Counted from the first letter of the stretch, positions 48,516-60,406 are shown. The stretch is 64,000 nt of DNA from Vulcanimicrobiota bacterium (GCA_963723515.1 CAVRQT010000002.1:782548-846547), one strand, 5' to 3'. A program made the numbers and translations. The notes: a model not told the origin generated them from the letters alone.

Positions 48516-49192
48516 CACGTCTCGGGCCGGCGCTCGGCAAAGAGTGACATTTCCTTTGGTTCGTACGGCTCGATGCACTGCGGCTCATCGACATCCGGCG
48601 TATTGACGACCGGGTTGACGATGTAACTTTCCATCTCGGAGCTCGCAATCGGCCGCAGCATCGCCTGCAGTTCATCCGGGTCTTTTTCGGTCAGCCATTT
48701 TCGTGCGTCTTCGAGTATAACGGGCATGCGATTGTGAACCGGCGCAACGAGCGCATTTGAGTCGGTCGTGATGATGACGCAGTGGCGTTCGTCGCCTTCT
48801 TGATCGTAGACGCCCGCAAACGCGAACGGCTCTTGGTTGCGCAAACGATAGTAATGCGGATAGCGCCGGCCGGCGCGGGATTCCCATTCAAAGAAACCGT
48901 CGGCCAGCACGAGACAACGCCGGTTCGAGAAGGCTTGTGAATACGCCGGGCGCGCTTGCAGCGTCTCGGCTTTAGCGTTTACGAGCGTGCGCGGCTGCTC
49001 GTCACTAGGGAAGATCGTGATGCCCCAGTCGAGCTGGACGATTGAAGCCGGATCGTCTTGGCAAATCGCAAGCACCGGTTGCGTTGGAGCAATATTGTAA
49101 CGGGCTTTCGGCCCGTCACGCGCACGCGCTTTGGCTTTGAATATTCGCTCGAGCACGTCGAGCCGCTGCGTCAGTGAAAATCGGCCACACAT
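48515..49192 (-). CDS. SRAP/HMCES-family (SOS response-associated peptidase) abasic-site protein
   Basis: MCGRF N-terminal Cys, RYNIAPTQ, RCLVLADGFFEW, HNRMPVIL. Confidence 0.93.
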   Translation of the reverse strand: MCGRFSLTQRLDVLERIFKAKARARDGPKARYNIAPTQPVLAICQDDPASIVQLDWGITIFPSDEQPRTLVNAKAETLQARPAYSQAFSNRRCLVLADGFFEWESRAGRRYPHYYRLRNQEPFAFAGVYDQEGDERHCVIITTDSNALVAPVHNRMPVILEDARKWLTEKDPDELQAMLRPIASSEMESYIVNPVVNTPDVDEPQCIEPYEPKEMSLFAERRPET

Positions 49193-49197
49193 GAGAA

Positions 49198-50748
49198 CTA
49201 CGCTTTAAACACGAGCCGCAAGTCCGTGGATTCACATCGCAGCCGGCAGAGCCGCTGCCAACGCGTCCGGCAAATCGCCGGCAACAACACCGCGCGGTCG
49301 CCTCTTTGCGCAATGCAAAGCGGCGAGCCCATGCCAGATAAGCGCCTGCGCGAGCGGCGTCGACGGGCGAAAGTCCTTGCGACAGCAGCGTGGCAATCAT
49401 GCCGGTGAGGACATCGCCGGTTCCAGCGGTTGCAAGCGTCGAGGTTCCGGAGAGGTTGAAATGCAGCGTCGTGCCGTCGTAAATCAGCGTCGTGCGTCCT
49501 TTCAGAAGCGTCGTGCACTGCGTGCGTTCGACAAAATCACGCAATCGGGAAACGCGGTCCTCGTCATGCACCGTTCCGCGCCCGCTCAGTCGCGCGAATT
49601 CGCCCGCGTGCGGCGTGATAACCGCACGCGGCGTTTTCAAGACGTCCAGATGTTTAGCGAAGTGGAAGAGCGCGCTCGCGTCTGCGACGAACGGCAACTC
49701 CGTTCGCTGCAGGAAGCCGCGCACGATCTCGCCGGTGCGCCCGTCGAGACCGAGTCCCGGCCCGATGCCGATCGCGGAGCAGTGTTTGGCCGTATCGAGC
49801 AACGCTTCGATCGCATCTTCGACTTTCGCGTGATCGGCGATTTCGGTGACGACTTGCTCGACAAGATGCGCGCGCAAGATGGGCGCCGCTTTCGCGCTCG
49901 TCGCAACCGTCACATAACCGGCGCCGGCGCGCGCCGCGCCGCGCGCGCAAAGCACCGCCGCACCGGGAAACTGCTGCGAGCCGGCGATGATGAACGGTGC
50001 GCCTGCGGCGCGTTTGTCCGCGGTAGGCGATCGTTTCGGAAGCAGCGAGCGCAGTTCGCCGGCGTCGATCGCTGCAAAACCGCTCGCTTCTGCGCGGCGA
50101 GTTCTTGGTCCGAAATGCCGATGTCGGCCAAAATCAAATCGCCGACCAGCGACCGCGGCCGGATCCAAGAGAAGCCCGGGCTTCAGCGCGCCGAGCGTCA
50201 CGGTGGCACGTGCTTGAACGGCAACTTCATCGGTGATGCCGCTCAGCGCATCGATGCCGCTCGGAATGTCGATCGCAATCGTCGGCACAGTCCGATGCGT
50301 TTAGCGCGCGGATGATCGCGCGATACGGATCGCCGATCGGCAGGCGACTGGAGGTTCCGAAGAGGCCATCCAATGCAAGCCCGGCATCGCGCCAACGCCG
50401 TTGCAGCTTCGTTCTCATTGTGCGGCAGCGATCGCCGCTCCACGCCTTCGGCTTTGGCGTCGTTTTCTGCATCTCGACGCGCGGCGGAGATATCGCGCTC
50501 TTCAGTCGCATAGACGACGCACGCTCGCGGCGCAAGACTTCGCCGGATCGCCGCACATGCGGCAAAGGCGTCGCCGCCATTATTGCCGGGACCGGCAAAC
50601 GCAACGACGCGACCTGTCGCCGGCGTAACGAAGCGCCGCCGCTGCGACCTGGTCGACCGGCGTTGCGCATGAGCGCGCTCTCTCCGAGCCGCGCAAATGC
50701 TGCGCGGTCCGCGTTGTGCATCTGCTCGGGCGTCAAGACCGCAATCAC
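49198..50748 (-). CDS. nnr: Bifunctional NAD(P)H-hydrate epimerase/dehydratase (multiple frameshifts)
   Basis: LMRNAG, IDIPSG, GAAVL, IGPGLG, TPHAGEF, LKG, ATAGTGDVLTG. Confidence 0.9.
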
Positions 50749-51110
50749 GCGCGTTCCAAAATCACGATCGCGGCCGCGATCGCGGCGGTATGAGTGATCG
50801 TCAAATGAATTGCGGTGATGCCGCGTCGCGCCGGCAGCTCACGCGCGCGGCCAAGCAGTTGCAGCACCGGCTTTCCGCTGGCTTCATGCGAAACGCCGAT
50901 CTGACGCCATGGAATCGCATGCCCGAATGCCTTGCGCGCCGCCTCTTTGGCCGCAAAAAATCCGGCGAATCGTTCGGCGCGATTGCGCTTGCGCAGCGCG
51001 TAGCCAACCTCTTCATCGGTATAGACTTTGCGCGCAAACCATTCCAGCGCGCGCTGATCGAAGGCATAACGCGCGACGTCAGCGACGTCGAAACCGATCC
51101 CGACGATCAT
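50745..51110 (-). CDS. acpS: Holo-ACP synthase
   Basis: MIVGIGFD, FAAKEAARKA, GKP, HLTITH. Confidence 0.9.
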   Translation of the reverse strand: MIVGIGFDVADVARYAFDQRALEWFARKVYTDEEVGYALRKRNRAERFAGFFAAKEAARKAFGHAIPWRQIGVSHEASGKPVLQLLGRARELPARRGITAIHLTITHTAAIAAAIVILERA

Positions 51111-51261
51111 CTGGCGGACCTTCTGCCAGCCGAGCGGTTTTCCGTTCACGAGCGGAGAAGGATGCGCTCCGACATGCCGAGTCGGATTTTTGTTGTGCCG
51201 ATCAATGCAGTCGATCGGACCTTCCTCGCGCGCCTGACGGTTTGCCTTGAAGAGCGGTTTC

Positions 51262-51711
51262 ATGGCGACGATTGTTGCTGCCGATCGGCTTGAAATTCCA
51301 AGCAGCGCGCTCAACAGTCAACGCAGCCAGATGTTCGTCAACTCCCTGATATCGCGCGTTATGCGCGCGACACCGGTTGAAGACGGTGTGCGCCTTGCAA
51401 TCACCGATTACGATCTCTATAAGACGGGACAGCGCTTTTTGTTTAGCGATGCAGATCGGCAAACCGGCGTTGCCGTCGTGTCGCTCCATCGATTGCGTGC
51501 CGAATTCTATGGCGAAGATGCGGATGAAAATCTGCTGTTCCAGCGAGCACTCAAAGAGTCCGTATGCGGTCTAGGCCGCGCGATGGGACTGAAGGCGTGC
51601 TACGATGCGCGTTGCGCGATGCATCACTCATCTTCGGTTTTTGAAACGGACAATAAGATGTCGCACTTCTGCGAGCAGTGCGACAAGCGCAGCCGCGCCG
51701 AACGCAGTTAA
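51262..51711 (+). CDS. Archaemetzincin-like protein lacking the HExxH motif
   Basis: AITDYDLY, AVVSLHRL, R.LKE, C...C.M..S.S..ETD.K..FC..C; CGLGR in place of HELGH. Confidence 0.72.
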   Translation: MATIVAADRLEIPSSALNSQRSQMFVNSLISRVMRATPVEDGVRLAITDYDLYKTGQRFLFSDADRQTGVAVVSLHRLRAEFYGEDADENLLFQRALKESVCGLGRAMGLKACYDARCAMHHSSSVFETDNKMSHFCEQCDKRSRAERS

Positions 51712-52487
51712 CGCACGAACGCGGGCATCAGCAAGAGCGATTTCGCGCTCCTGACCGTTAACGCGCACGACTAATGCTCCTTGTGCGCCAAGCCGCTCGG
51801 CGAGCGCATCGATCGGTTCGCTTTCGCCGTCGATCAGAATCCGATACGGCGTTCCGCGCAACTGAGCCGCGCTTTCCCACCGTCGCGCAACGCCATCTGG
51901 ATCTTCCAATTCTGTTAAGGGACGCTGCAAATTGGCGCAAGATCGTTGCCAGCAGATCGGCGCGTTCGATTGACTTCACGTCGCTGAGGAATCCCGGCGC
52001 AGGCTGGATGCCGTCATAGAATGTGTCGTTGGTACGCGTTACGTTGATTCCGACGCCGCATGCTGCCCACGCACGCGTTCCAACGCCGCGCGAGACGCAA
52101 AGAATGCCGGCGACCTTACGGTTGTCCAGTAAAAGGTCGTTCGGCCACTGCAACTTCGTCTCGAAGCCGTGCACAGCGAGCGCTTCTTTTACGGCCAAAG
52201 CACACCAAAACGGAATCGCCCACAGCGCACGCGGCGTCCAACGTTACGGGGAGGATCGTTGTGAAAAGCAGCGCCGCCTTCGGTGCGGCGATCCACTCGC
52301 GCCCGCCGCCGTCCGCGACCATGGGTTTGGAAGTCCGTGACGATCGTGACGCCGGAATTGCGCTCCGCTTCTTCAAGCAAGTTCAGCGCATCGGCGTTTG
52401 TGCTTTCGGTCTCGGGCTTTGTAGCGAACGTCGGAGAAAATCGTTCCGCGCCAACGCTTCTTGGGTTTTAGCGTAAGGGTTTTGCAT
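51707..52487 (-). CDS. birA: Biotin-protein ligase (multiple frameshifts)
   Basis: QTHGRG, WPNDLLL..RKVAGIL, GVGINV, GAL; pieced from several ORFs. Confidence 0.88.
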
Positions 52488-52494
52488 GGCCCTC

Positions 52495-52529
52495 AAAAGG
52501 CGAGGCGCCGCACTACTGCGGCGCCTCTT
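52495..52529 (-). terminator. Intrinsic terminator-like hairpin
   Basis: GAGGCGCCGCA-gtag-TGCGGCGCCTC (11-bp stem) then GCCTTTT. Confidence 0.7.
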
Positions 52530-52610
52530 GCGCTTCGATGTGATCGCCAGTCCGACACCTCCGAACATATCACACCGTTAACGCCGTCGCAACGCATAAC
52601 TGCATTGCGC

Positions 52611-52682
52611 TGGAGCGCCCGGGAATCGAACCCGGCGCCGCTCAGAGGGTCGGACTGGCGGTCGATACCATCGAAACGCCCC
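52611..52682 (-). ncRNA. tRNA-like RNA resembling the tmRNA tRNA-like domain, without tag-coding region
   Basis: GGGGCGT/GCGCTCC acceptor stem with G3.U70 and A73; TGGTATCGAC D-loop-like; CCGGG-TTCGATT-CCCGG T-arm; no canonical anticodon arm. Confidence 0.6.
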
Positions 52683-52767
52683 AGCAACGCACAATCCCGC
52701 TTGTTACGACTTCATCTCGTCCTACGCAGCGGAGGCAAAGCGAACCGAGCGCGCTAATGCGTGACTG

Positions 52768-54608
<1,841 letters not shown>

Positions 54609-54628
54609 CAGTGCGTTGAAAAGTACGC

Positions 54629-54703
54629 GGCGCCATCGTCTATCGGTTAGGACATCGCCCTTTCAAGGCGGAAAGACGGGTTCGATTCCCGTTGGCGCTA
54701 CCA
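54629..54703 (+). tRNA. tRNA-Glu(TTC)
   Basis: GGCGCCA..TGGCGCTA-CCA; CT-TTC-AA anticodon loop; ACGGG-TTCGATT-CCCGT. Confidence 0.95.
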
Positions 54704-54799
54704 AAAATAGACCTGAATTTACGCGGTTTTTTCGACGTACGTTGAAATTCGGTTGCCATTTGGTTGCCATCGCTCGAGAAATTTGCTGTATTTTGCGAA

Positions 54800-54985
54800 G
54801 CAGCGGCCGCTTTAGCATCTTCGAGCTCGCACCCAGACGATCGACCGCATCCGTTGCGCGTCGTTAGTAAGTCAGCTTAGGTTGTGAGCGTGACGGTAGG
54901 CGTCGCATGACCTAGAACGCCCGCCGCTGCGCTTCCGTCCCATGTTGAACCGGTAGCAGGTCTGCGAACGTGAGTGCAACGTCAT
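54800..54985 (-). pseudogene. Tyrosine integrase C-terminal remnant
   Basis: Manual translation AAGVLGHATPTVTLTT*ADL (54918 to 54868); degraded TLH..TFA upstream; DAVDRLG downstream. Confidence 0.7.
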
Positions 54986-55028
54986 TGGGCAGGAAACCGC
55001 GTAGGGCGGGCCAAACGAGGCTTCCCTC

Positions 55029-56795
55029 GTGCGCGCCCGCCGGTACCTTATTTTTCTGGTCGCGTTCAATTTAACAACACAGATGGCTGTCGGTAGATCA
55101 GCAACGCCTGACGTTTGGACTGTTGCTGGGAACGGCTTACCGGGTCTGGCCGACGGCTCCGCGCGGCATGCGGAGTTTCTATTTCCTTCCGGCGTCGCGG
55201 TGCAAAAGAGCGACGGAACCATCTACATTTCCGACGAAGCGGCTCAGCGCATCCGCATGATTACGTCTTCCGGAGAGGTGCGCACAATTGCCGGTTCCGG
55301 AAGGCTGGAACGCGGTCGGCTCGGGGTAGCCGGTGGTTATGTCGATGGACCAGCGCGGCAGGCGAAGTTCGATCGCCCTGCAGGCCTGGCGATTGGTCCG
55401 GATGACGCGCTTTACATCGCTGACTCGCGTAACGAGTCCGTGCGAAGGTTGCTCCATGGTACCGTGTCGACCGTGATTAGCAACGCCACTCTCGCGCAAG
55501 CGGGCAACGTCGCGGCGCACCTTGATAATCCACGAGGTCTCGCTTTTGACCGTAAGGGGAACCTCTACATTGCGGATGATGGCGCGGGTTTGCTTCGATT
55601 GGATGCGAACGGTACGCTTGAGCCTGTTCTCCTTAAATCGACTTCGGAAAAGAGATGGCACAGCGTCGCTTATGGGGAGACAAAGGGCAACGGGGTCGTT
55701 CTCGTCTCATCGCAAACCTCGGTGGTCGCCTATCATCCCTCTACCGGCAGCGATGAAGTCGTTTACCCAACGCTGCACACTGAAGGGCTTAGGCCCTTCG
55801 GTGAACCAAACCAATTGGTGGCGATTGACGCACGACAGTTTTTGTTCACCGACGTGAATTCTGAGGTCGTCAGGTATTTGCGGCTGCAATCCCTACCGTT
55901 TATTTCGACCCCGTTTACGCTTCCAATTGCGGGAAAAGATTACGGAAGGCCCATCGACGGTGCAGGCTACCGAGATGGACCCCGTGAGGACGCGCGCTTC
56001 TATGCGCCAATGGGTATCGCGCTCAACGGTTCAGTGGCTTATATTGCCGATGCCGGTAACCGACGCATACGAAAGATTGCTTTGGGTTATTTCCGCGTCT
56101 CCGAAGTTGGGTTGGACACAAGCGCGCTTCAAGACAAGAACCACTATAATATTGCGTTGATAGGTGCCTCTAATACTTTTTGGGGACAGTCTCGGCGACG
56201 ACTCCATCTGCGCCAATCTGGAACGCACACTCAACGCTTCAGGCCATTTCCCCAAGCCTATTCGCTGCCGATCCGTGCGGATCGATGGGGCGACCCTCCG
56301 TCAAATCGCCAGCTATACGGAAAACGTCCTTGCCTGGAGGGGATGGATGCAGTCATCATGGACCTCCTATCGCCGGAGCTAGACTCTGTGGAGCCAATGT
56401 CGGTCATTGACCGAGCCGCCGAGCTGCGCTCGAACGTCGCCGACATTCTCAAATCGGTTGCCGTACAACATATTTCGCTCGCAATCATTTGGGACTATTA
56501 CGCTCAGGATGTTTCGCTTGCTGAGCAAGTTATTCAAGCCCTTGAGTATCGCGATAGTTTTTTTGTTACATACAGCGGGCATGACCACCATGCGGCGTTG
56601 CAATATGCAGCAGCATTGAAAGGGCTGCCCGTGGTGCAATATGACCTTTACTCGGATTTCGTGCGGTACGAGAGCGGCAAGAGTCCGCCACCGCTGTGGG
56701 ATCCTATCGATCACCATGAAAACCCACGAGGCGCCGCCTTTGTCGGAAAAGATATCGGACTTGGCCTGCTGAGCGCAGGCTTTCCGCATCGCTGA
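55029..56795 (+). CDS. Secreted NHL-repeat protein with C-terminal SGNH-like domain (compensating frameshifts ~56180-56340)
   Basis: Repeated TVAG.G..G..DG....A.F..P.G.A and YIADAGN.RIRKI; IALIGAS and DHHENPRG in the C-terminal part. Confidence 0.72.
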   Translation: MRARRYLIFLVAFNLTTQMAVGRSATPDVWTVAGNGLPGLADGSARHAEFLFPSGVAVQKSDGTIYISDEAAQRIRMITSSGEVRTIAGSGRLERGRLGVAGGYVDGPARQAKFDRPAGLAIGPDDALYIADSRNESVRRLLHGTVSTVISNATLAQAGNVAAHLDNPRGLAFDRKGNLYIADDGAGLLRLDANGTLEPVLLKSTSEKRWHSVAYGETKGNGVVLVSSQTSVVAYHPSTGSDEVVYPTLHTEGLRPFGEPNQLVAIDARQFLFTDVNSEVVRYLRLQSLPFISTPFTLPIAGKDYGRPIDGAGYRDGPREDARFYAPMGIALNGSVAYIADAGNRRIRKIALGYFRVSEVGLDTSALQDKNHYNIALIGASNTFWGQSRRRLHLRQSGTHTQRFRPFPQAYSLPIRADRWGDPPSNRQLYGKRPCLEGMDAVIMDLLSPELDSVEPMSVIDRAAELRSNVADILKSVAVQHISLAIIWDYYAQDVSLAEQVIQALEYRDSFFVTYSGHDHHAALQYAAALKGLPVVQYDLYSDFVRYESGKSPPPLWDPIDHHENPRGAAFVGKDIGLGLLSAGFPHR

Positions 56796-57272
56796 CGGGC
56801 AGCGCGATTCGACAAATGATGATGCCGGAGCAGCTCGACGCCCCTTGATCTGCCCAAGCGTAGCTCGGGCACCGACCTCGTTGGCGATTCTCCGAAGCGC
56901 ACGTGCTCTCGGGGAGCGCGTGGTGCGATTAAGACGTAAAATCGTCGTGTCAGACGATTCGGGAGCTCGCGAGGAGTTAGTTTAGGACTTCAAGCGCGGT
57001 GCCTCCTCGCAACTGTCGATGGTTTTCAGATTCGATTCCCGTTGGCGCTACACCTGAAAGCGCTTGCGGATCTGGCCCAAACCCATCCTCGACGTCGCCG
57101 TTAAGCAGCGCCGCGTTTGCGACCACTTCGTCGCGCAAAACTGCTCGTATGCGTTTTGTTGCAACATCGCTACTCTCGAGGACGGTAGTGTATCTCGAGA
57201 CCTTAGTGTGCTCGGTGGGTGTCTACGGCCCTGCGCCGGCACATTATATCGCGGTCGACCAATCGCGCATTG

Positions 57273-57764
57273 CTACCTGTCCAGGACGGCCACGATTGTC
57301 TTGGAGCCGGCCGCATAACCCTTGTAGCCCGGGTTGACCGGCTCGATCGTGATACTGAACGCGCCGTCCGAAACGTTGCCCGTAAAGCCCCATTCGGGCG
57401 CTGCGTCGGGGTCTGGCTCCCTCCACTTGCCCGGCACGGCTGCAGGGATGTGCGCTTTGCACCACGCGACGACTTGCTTAGGTGTGTCGGAGGTCTCGAA
57501 CTGGTACATGCCCGACGTGACGGTGCTAGGCTTGGCCGTGGTGTTCGAATCGTAGATCGGCACGCGGTTCTTGACGCCGTCGAGCGTCTCCGGTTGCGCC
57601 TGCGGCTGAGTTGCGTTGGCTTGCGAACCGCTGCCGGAGGGTGCCGCTGCCGGCGAGGATGCTTCGCTCACGGTGCCGGACGAGGTCGATTTGGAAGTAC
57701 AACCCGCGGCCAAGACGGCCGCGAGGAGGAACCCGCAGAGCATTAATGCGTTTGTGATTTTCAT
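57273..57764 (-). CDS. Hypothetical lipoprotein
   Basis: MKITNALMLCGFLLAAVLAAGC lipobox, Ser/Ala/Pro-rich linker. Confidence 0.7.
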   Translation of the reverse strand: MKITNALMLCGFLLAAVLAAGCTSKSTSSGTVSEASSPAAAPSGSGSQANATQPQAQPETLDGVKNRVPIYDSNTTAKPSTVTSGMYQFETSDTPKQVVAWCKAHIPAAVPGKWREPDPDAAPEWGFTGNVSDGAFSITIEPVNPGYKGYAAGSKTIVAVLDR

Positions 57765-58005
57765 AGGATGACGATACCAATCGGGCGTGCGAGCGCCGTG
57801 CTAAGGCGATACGAGTCCCGCCGGATTGGTGGCGGCAACTGCACGACTTAGCCGCTACGGGCGGTCCCTGCACCGGGCGTGATGCGTACGAGATTTCCGT
57901 TAGAATCGAGCTCCACCGATGCGTATTGCACCAACCAAGTCACGATATGCGTGTAAACTCGGCGGCGCAGTAGTTTGAGAGATCTAGCGAGATCTAGAAT
58001 ACATC

Positions 58006-58886
58006 GTGCCTGAGCTGCCCGATATTGCGACGTACATCAGCGCGCTCGAGAGCCGCATCATCGGGCAGCCACTGCAGCGAGTCAGAATCACAAACCCTTT
58101 TTTGTTGCGCACGGCCGAGCCGCCGCTTTCCAGCGTCGATGGGCACGTTGTACGCGAAATCAGGCGGGATCGGTAAACGCATCGCAATCCTTGTAGACGG
58201 CGATCTCTGGATCGTGATTCATTTGATGATCGCTGGGCGGCTGCACTGGCGAGGCGCGTGCGCATCGATCAGCGCGCGGAGTGCGCTCGCGGCTTTCGAG
58301 TTTCCGAGCGGTTCGCTCGTGCTCACTGAAGCGGGTTCGAAACGGCGCGCGTCGCTTTCAATTGTGCGCGGTGCCGAAGCGCTGGCCGCCCTCGATCCGG
58401 GCGGCATCGACGTGATGAACACCGATCTTGAGAAGTTCCGAGCCGCCCTGGAGGGCGAAAATCAGACGCTCAAACGCGCACTCACCGATCCGCGCGCGCT
58501 CAGTGGTATCGGCAATGCGTATTCAGATGAAATCTTGCACGCCGCAAAGCTCTCCCCGCTGGCGCTGACGCAAAAATTAACCAACGAGGAGTGGAAGCGG
58601 CTCTTTGCTGCGACGCAGGAAACGTTGCGCGCGTGGACTGCCCGTTTGCAAGCGGATGACGAAGGGCGAGTTTCCCGAACATGTAACGGCTTTTCACGAT
58701 GCCATGGCCGTGCACGGCCGCTACGGCAAACCGTGTCCAGTTTGCGGAGCAAAAATCAAGCGCATCCGCTATGCCGACAGTGAGACGAACTACTGCGCGC
58801 ACTGTCAGACCGGCGGCAAGGTTCTGGCGGATCGCGCGCTCTCGCGGCTTCTCGGCCCGAACTGGGCCCGCGCCTTGGAAGAGTAG
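58006..58886 (+). CDS. Fpg/Nei family DNA glycosylase-like protein (frameshifted)
   Basis: GTG-PELPDI start, [20 protein letters not shown] (H2TH), CPVC..YCAHCQT zinc finger. Confidence 0.88.
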
Positions 58887-58967
58887 GTGCTTAATTATGT
58901 CTCTGCGAGCGTCACGCGTTGTCGGTGTGGGTAGATCCTTAAAAATGTGTACCCTAATTATTAAGAC

Positions 58968-59537
58968 ATGAGGTTGCTGAGTTTGTTGGGTCCCGTTCTT
59001 GCGGTGGTGGTCGCTTTGCCGGCGGGAAGCAGTGCGGCTGCAAGCGATCCGCTAGCAACGTGGTTTGGTTCCCAGACGTGCCGCACACTCGACGGCCTTT
59101 ATAGCAAGCGGGAACCGCCGTATGTAAAAACCGGTAGCGAAACCCTCGTTGTGGACGTCCCGACGCCGGTGCTTTCAAAGCAAAAAATCAGCATGACCGT
59201 CCCGTGGTACGTGTACGACCCCAAAAATAGCGTCGCACTCAGTCACGTCGGCGGAGACTCCGGCGTCGTCTGGACGTTGCGAGTCGTCAAAGGCGCACCG
59301 CCGACGTCGCTGCCGAGAATCGATTTGAGTCACGCGCACACGACGTCCGGTCTGAAGATCGGCGCAAGCGCCGAGTCGGTCGTTCGAACGCTTGGGAAGC
59401 CGCTCGTTGTTCATGCCTGCGGTATGGAGCGCTACGAATATAGCGACGACAAGGACCGCCACGCGGAGCAGAACGATTTGGATTTTACGATTAAAAACGG
59501 CCGCGTTATCGAGATCGCCCACACGTCCTGGGGTTAG
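58968..59537 (+). CDS. Hypothetical secreted protein
   Basis: Signal peptide; T.SGLKIGAS..V...LG.P and F.IKNGRVIEI pattern. Confidence 0.65.
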   Translation: MRLLSLLGPVLAVVVALPAGSSAAASDPLATWFGSQTCRTLDGLYSKREPPYVKTGSETLVVDVPTPVLSKQKISMTVPWYVYDPKNSVALSHVGGDSGVVWTLRVVKGAPPTSLPRIDLSHAHTTSGLKIGASAESVVRTLGKPLVVHACGMERYEYSDDKDRHAEQNDLDFTIKNGRVIEIAHTSWG

Positions 59538-59600
59538 CCGGCGCAGATTGGACAAGCCCCATCACATTTCGCAACGAGGCAGCGTTGTGCACAACGTCCT

Positions 59601-60299
59601 ATGAAAACCGCCGCGTGCGCGACCCTCGCTCTCGTGCTTGCCTCTTCCGCTGCGGCGTACGCTCAAACGCCGGGGAAGACTGCGTACCCATCGATGGCGC
59701 CGGTCGAGAGATACCTCATGCCGAGCGCCGCCGCCGAGATCGCGGCGGCGCGCACCGCGGCACCGCCCTCGGTCTCCGCTCACGCCGAAGTGCTTGTGCT
59801 AACCAAGACGGGATACGTTGTCGGTGCCAAGGGGAGCAATGGCTGGGTCTGCTTTGTCGAGCGTATGTGGACGGCGGGTCTCGACGATCCCGAATTTTGG
59901 AACCCGAAAGGGCGCGCGCCGAACTGCTTCAATCCGCCGGCCGTGCGAAGCGTCCTCCCGCAGTACCTTGCGCGGACGAAATGGGCGTTGGCGGGTGACA
60001 CTCGCGAGCAGATTGCGACGAAGGCGCAAGCCGCATACGCGAGCCATCAATTCAGAGACCCGGCGCCCGATTCGTTCTCGTTCATGCTTTCAAAAGAGGC
60101 CTATCTGAACGACGCCGTCGCTGGGCCTTGGCGTCCGCACGTCATGCTGTTCATCGCGTACGACCAAATGGCGACGTGGGCCGCGGGTTTCGACGGGTCG
60201 CCGATCATCGCGCCGCCGCCAAATATGCGGCCGTACGAGCCAATAACGATCTTCATCCCAGTGCGCCGGTGGTCGGATGGCTCGCCTGCCCCCAAATAA
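59601..60299 (+). CDS. Conserved hypothetical secreted protein
   Basis: Signal peptide ASSAAAYA-Q; EIAAARTAAP, GSNGWVC, PHVM. Confidence 0.7.
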   Translation: MKTAACATLALVLASSAAAYAQTPGKTAYPSMAPVERYLMPSAAAEIAAARTAAPPSVSAHAEVLVLTKTGYVVGAKGSNGWVCFVERMWTAGLDDPEFWNPKGRAPNCFNPPAVRSVLPQYLARTKWALAGDTREQIATKAQAAYASHQFRDPAPDSFSFMLSKEAYLNDAVAGPWRPHVMLFIAYDQMATWAAGFDGSPIIAPPPNMRPYEPITIFIPVRRWSDGSPAPK

Positions 60300-60406
60300 G
60301 ACGATCAGAAAAAAGTAGCGTTTTTTTGTAGCTGCATAGCATTGCCACTGTCGTTGTGTTGCTTTGAGCGGAAGGCAACGCCCTGCGGCAGGCCGTACGC
60401 TCGCGC

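Larger units (their letters stand above)
54681..57051. mobile_element. Decayed integrative islet at tRNA-Glu bounded by 21-bp att repeats
   Basis: TTCGATTCCCGTTGGCGCTAC at 54681..54701 and 57031..57051; integrase relic and one cargo gene inside. Confidence 0.8.

Noticed and set aside
49377..50315. Long antisense/alternate-frame ORFs (e.g. 49377..50315, 23765..24691, 30929..31741)
   Set aside because: Shadow ORFs of GC-rich coding genes with no recognisable motifs
52578..52610. Tag-like reading AQCSYALRRR* just 3' of the TLD-like unit
   Set aside because: YAL resembles the YALAA tag but ends in RRR and has no resume context; probably chance
52611..52682. Standard tRNA, or canonical/permuted tmRNA
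   Set aside because: No 5-bp/7-nt anticodon arm; only ~25 nt between the 5' and 3' TLD halves; the order is not that of permuted two-piece ssrA genes
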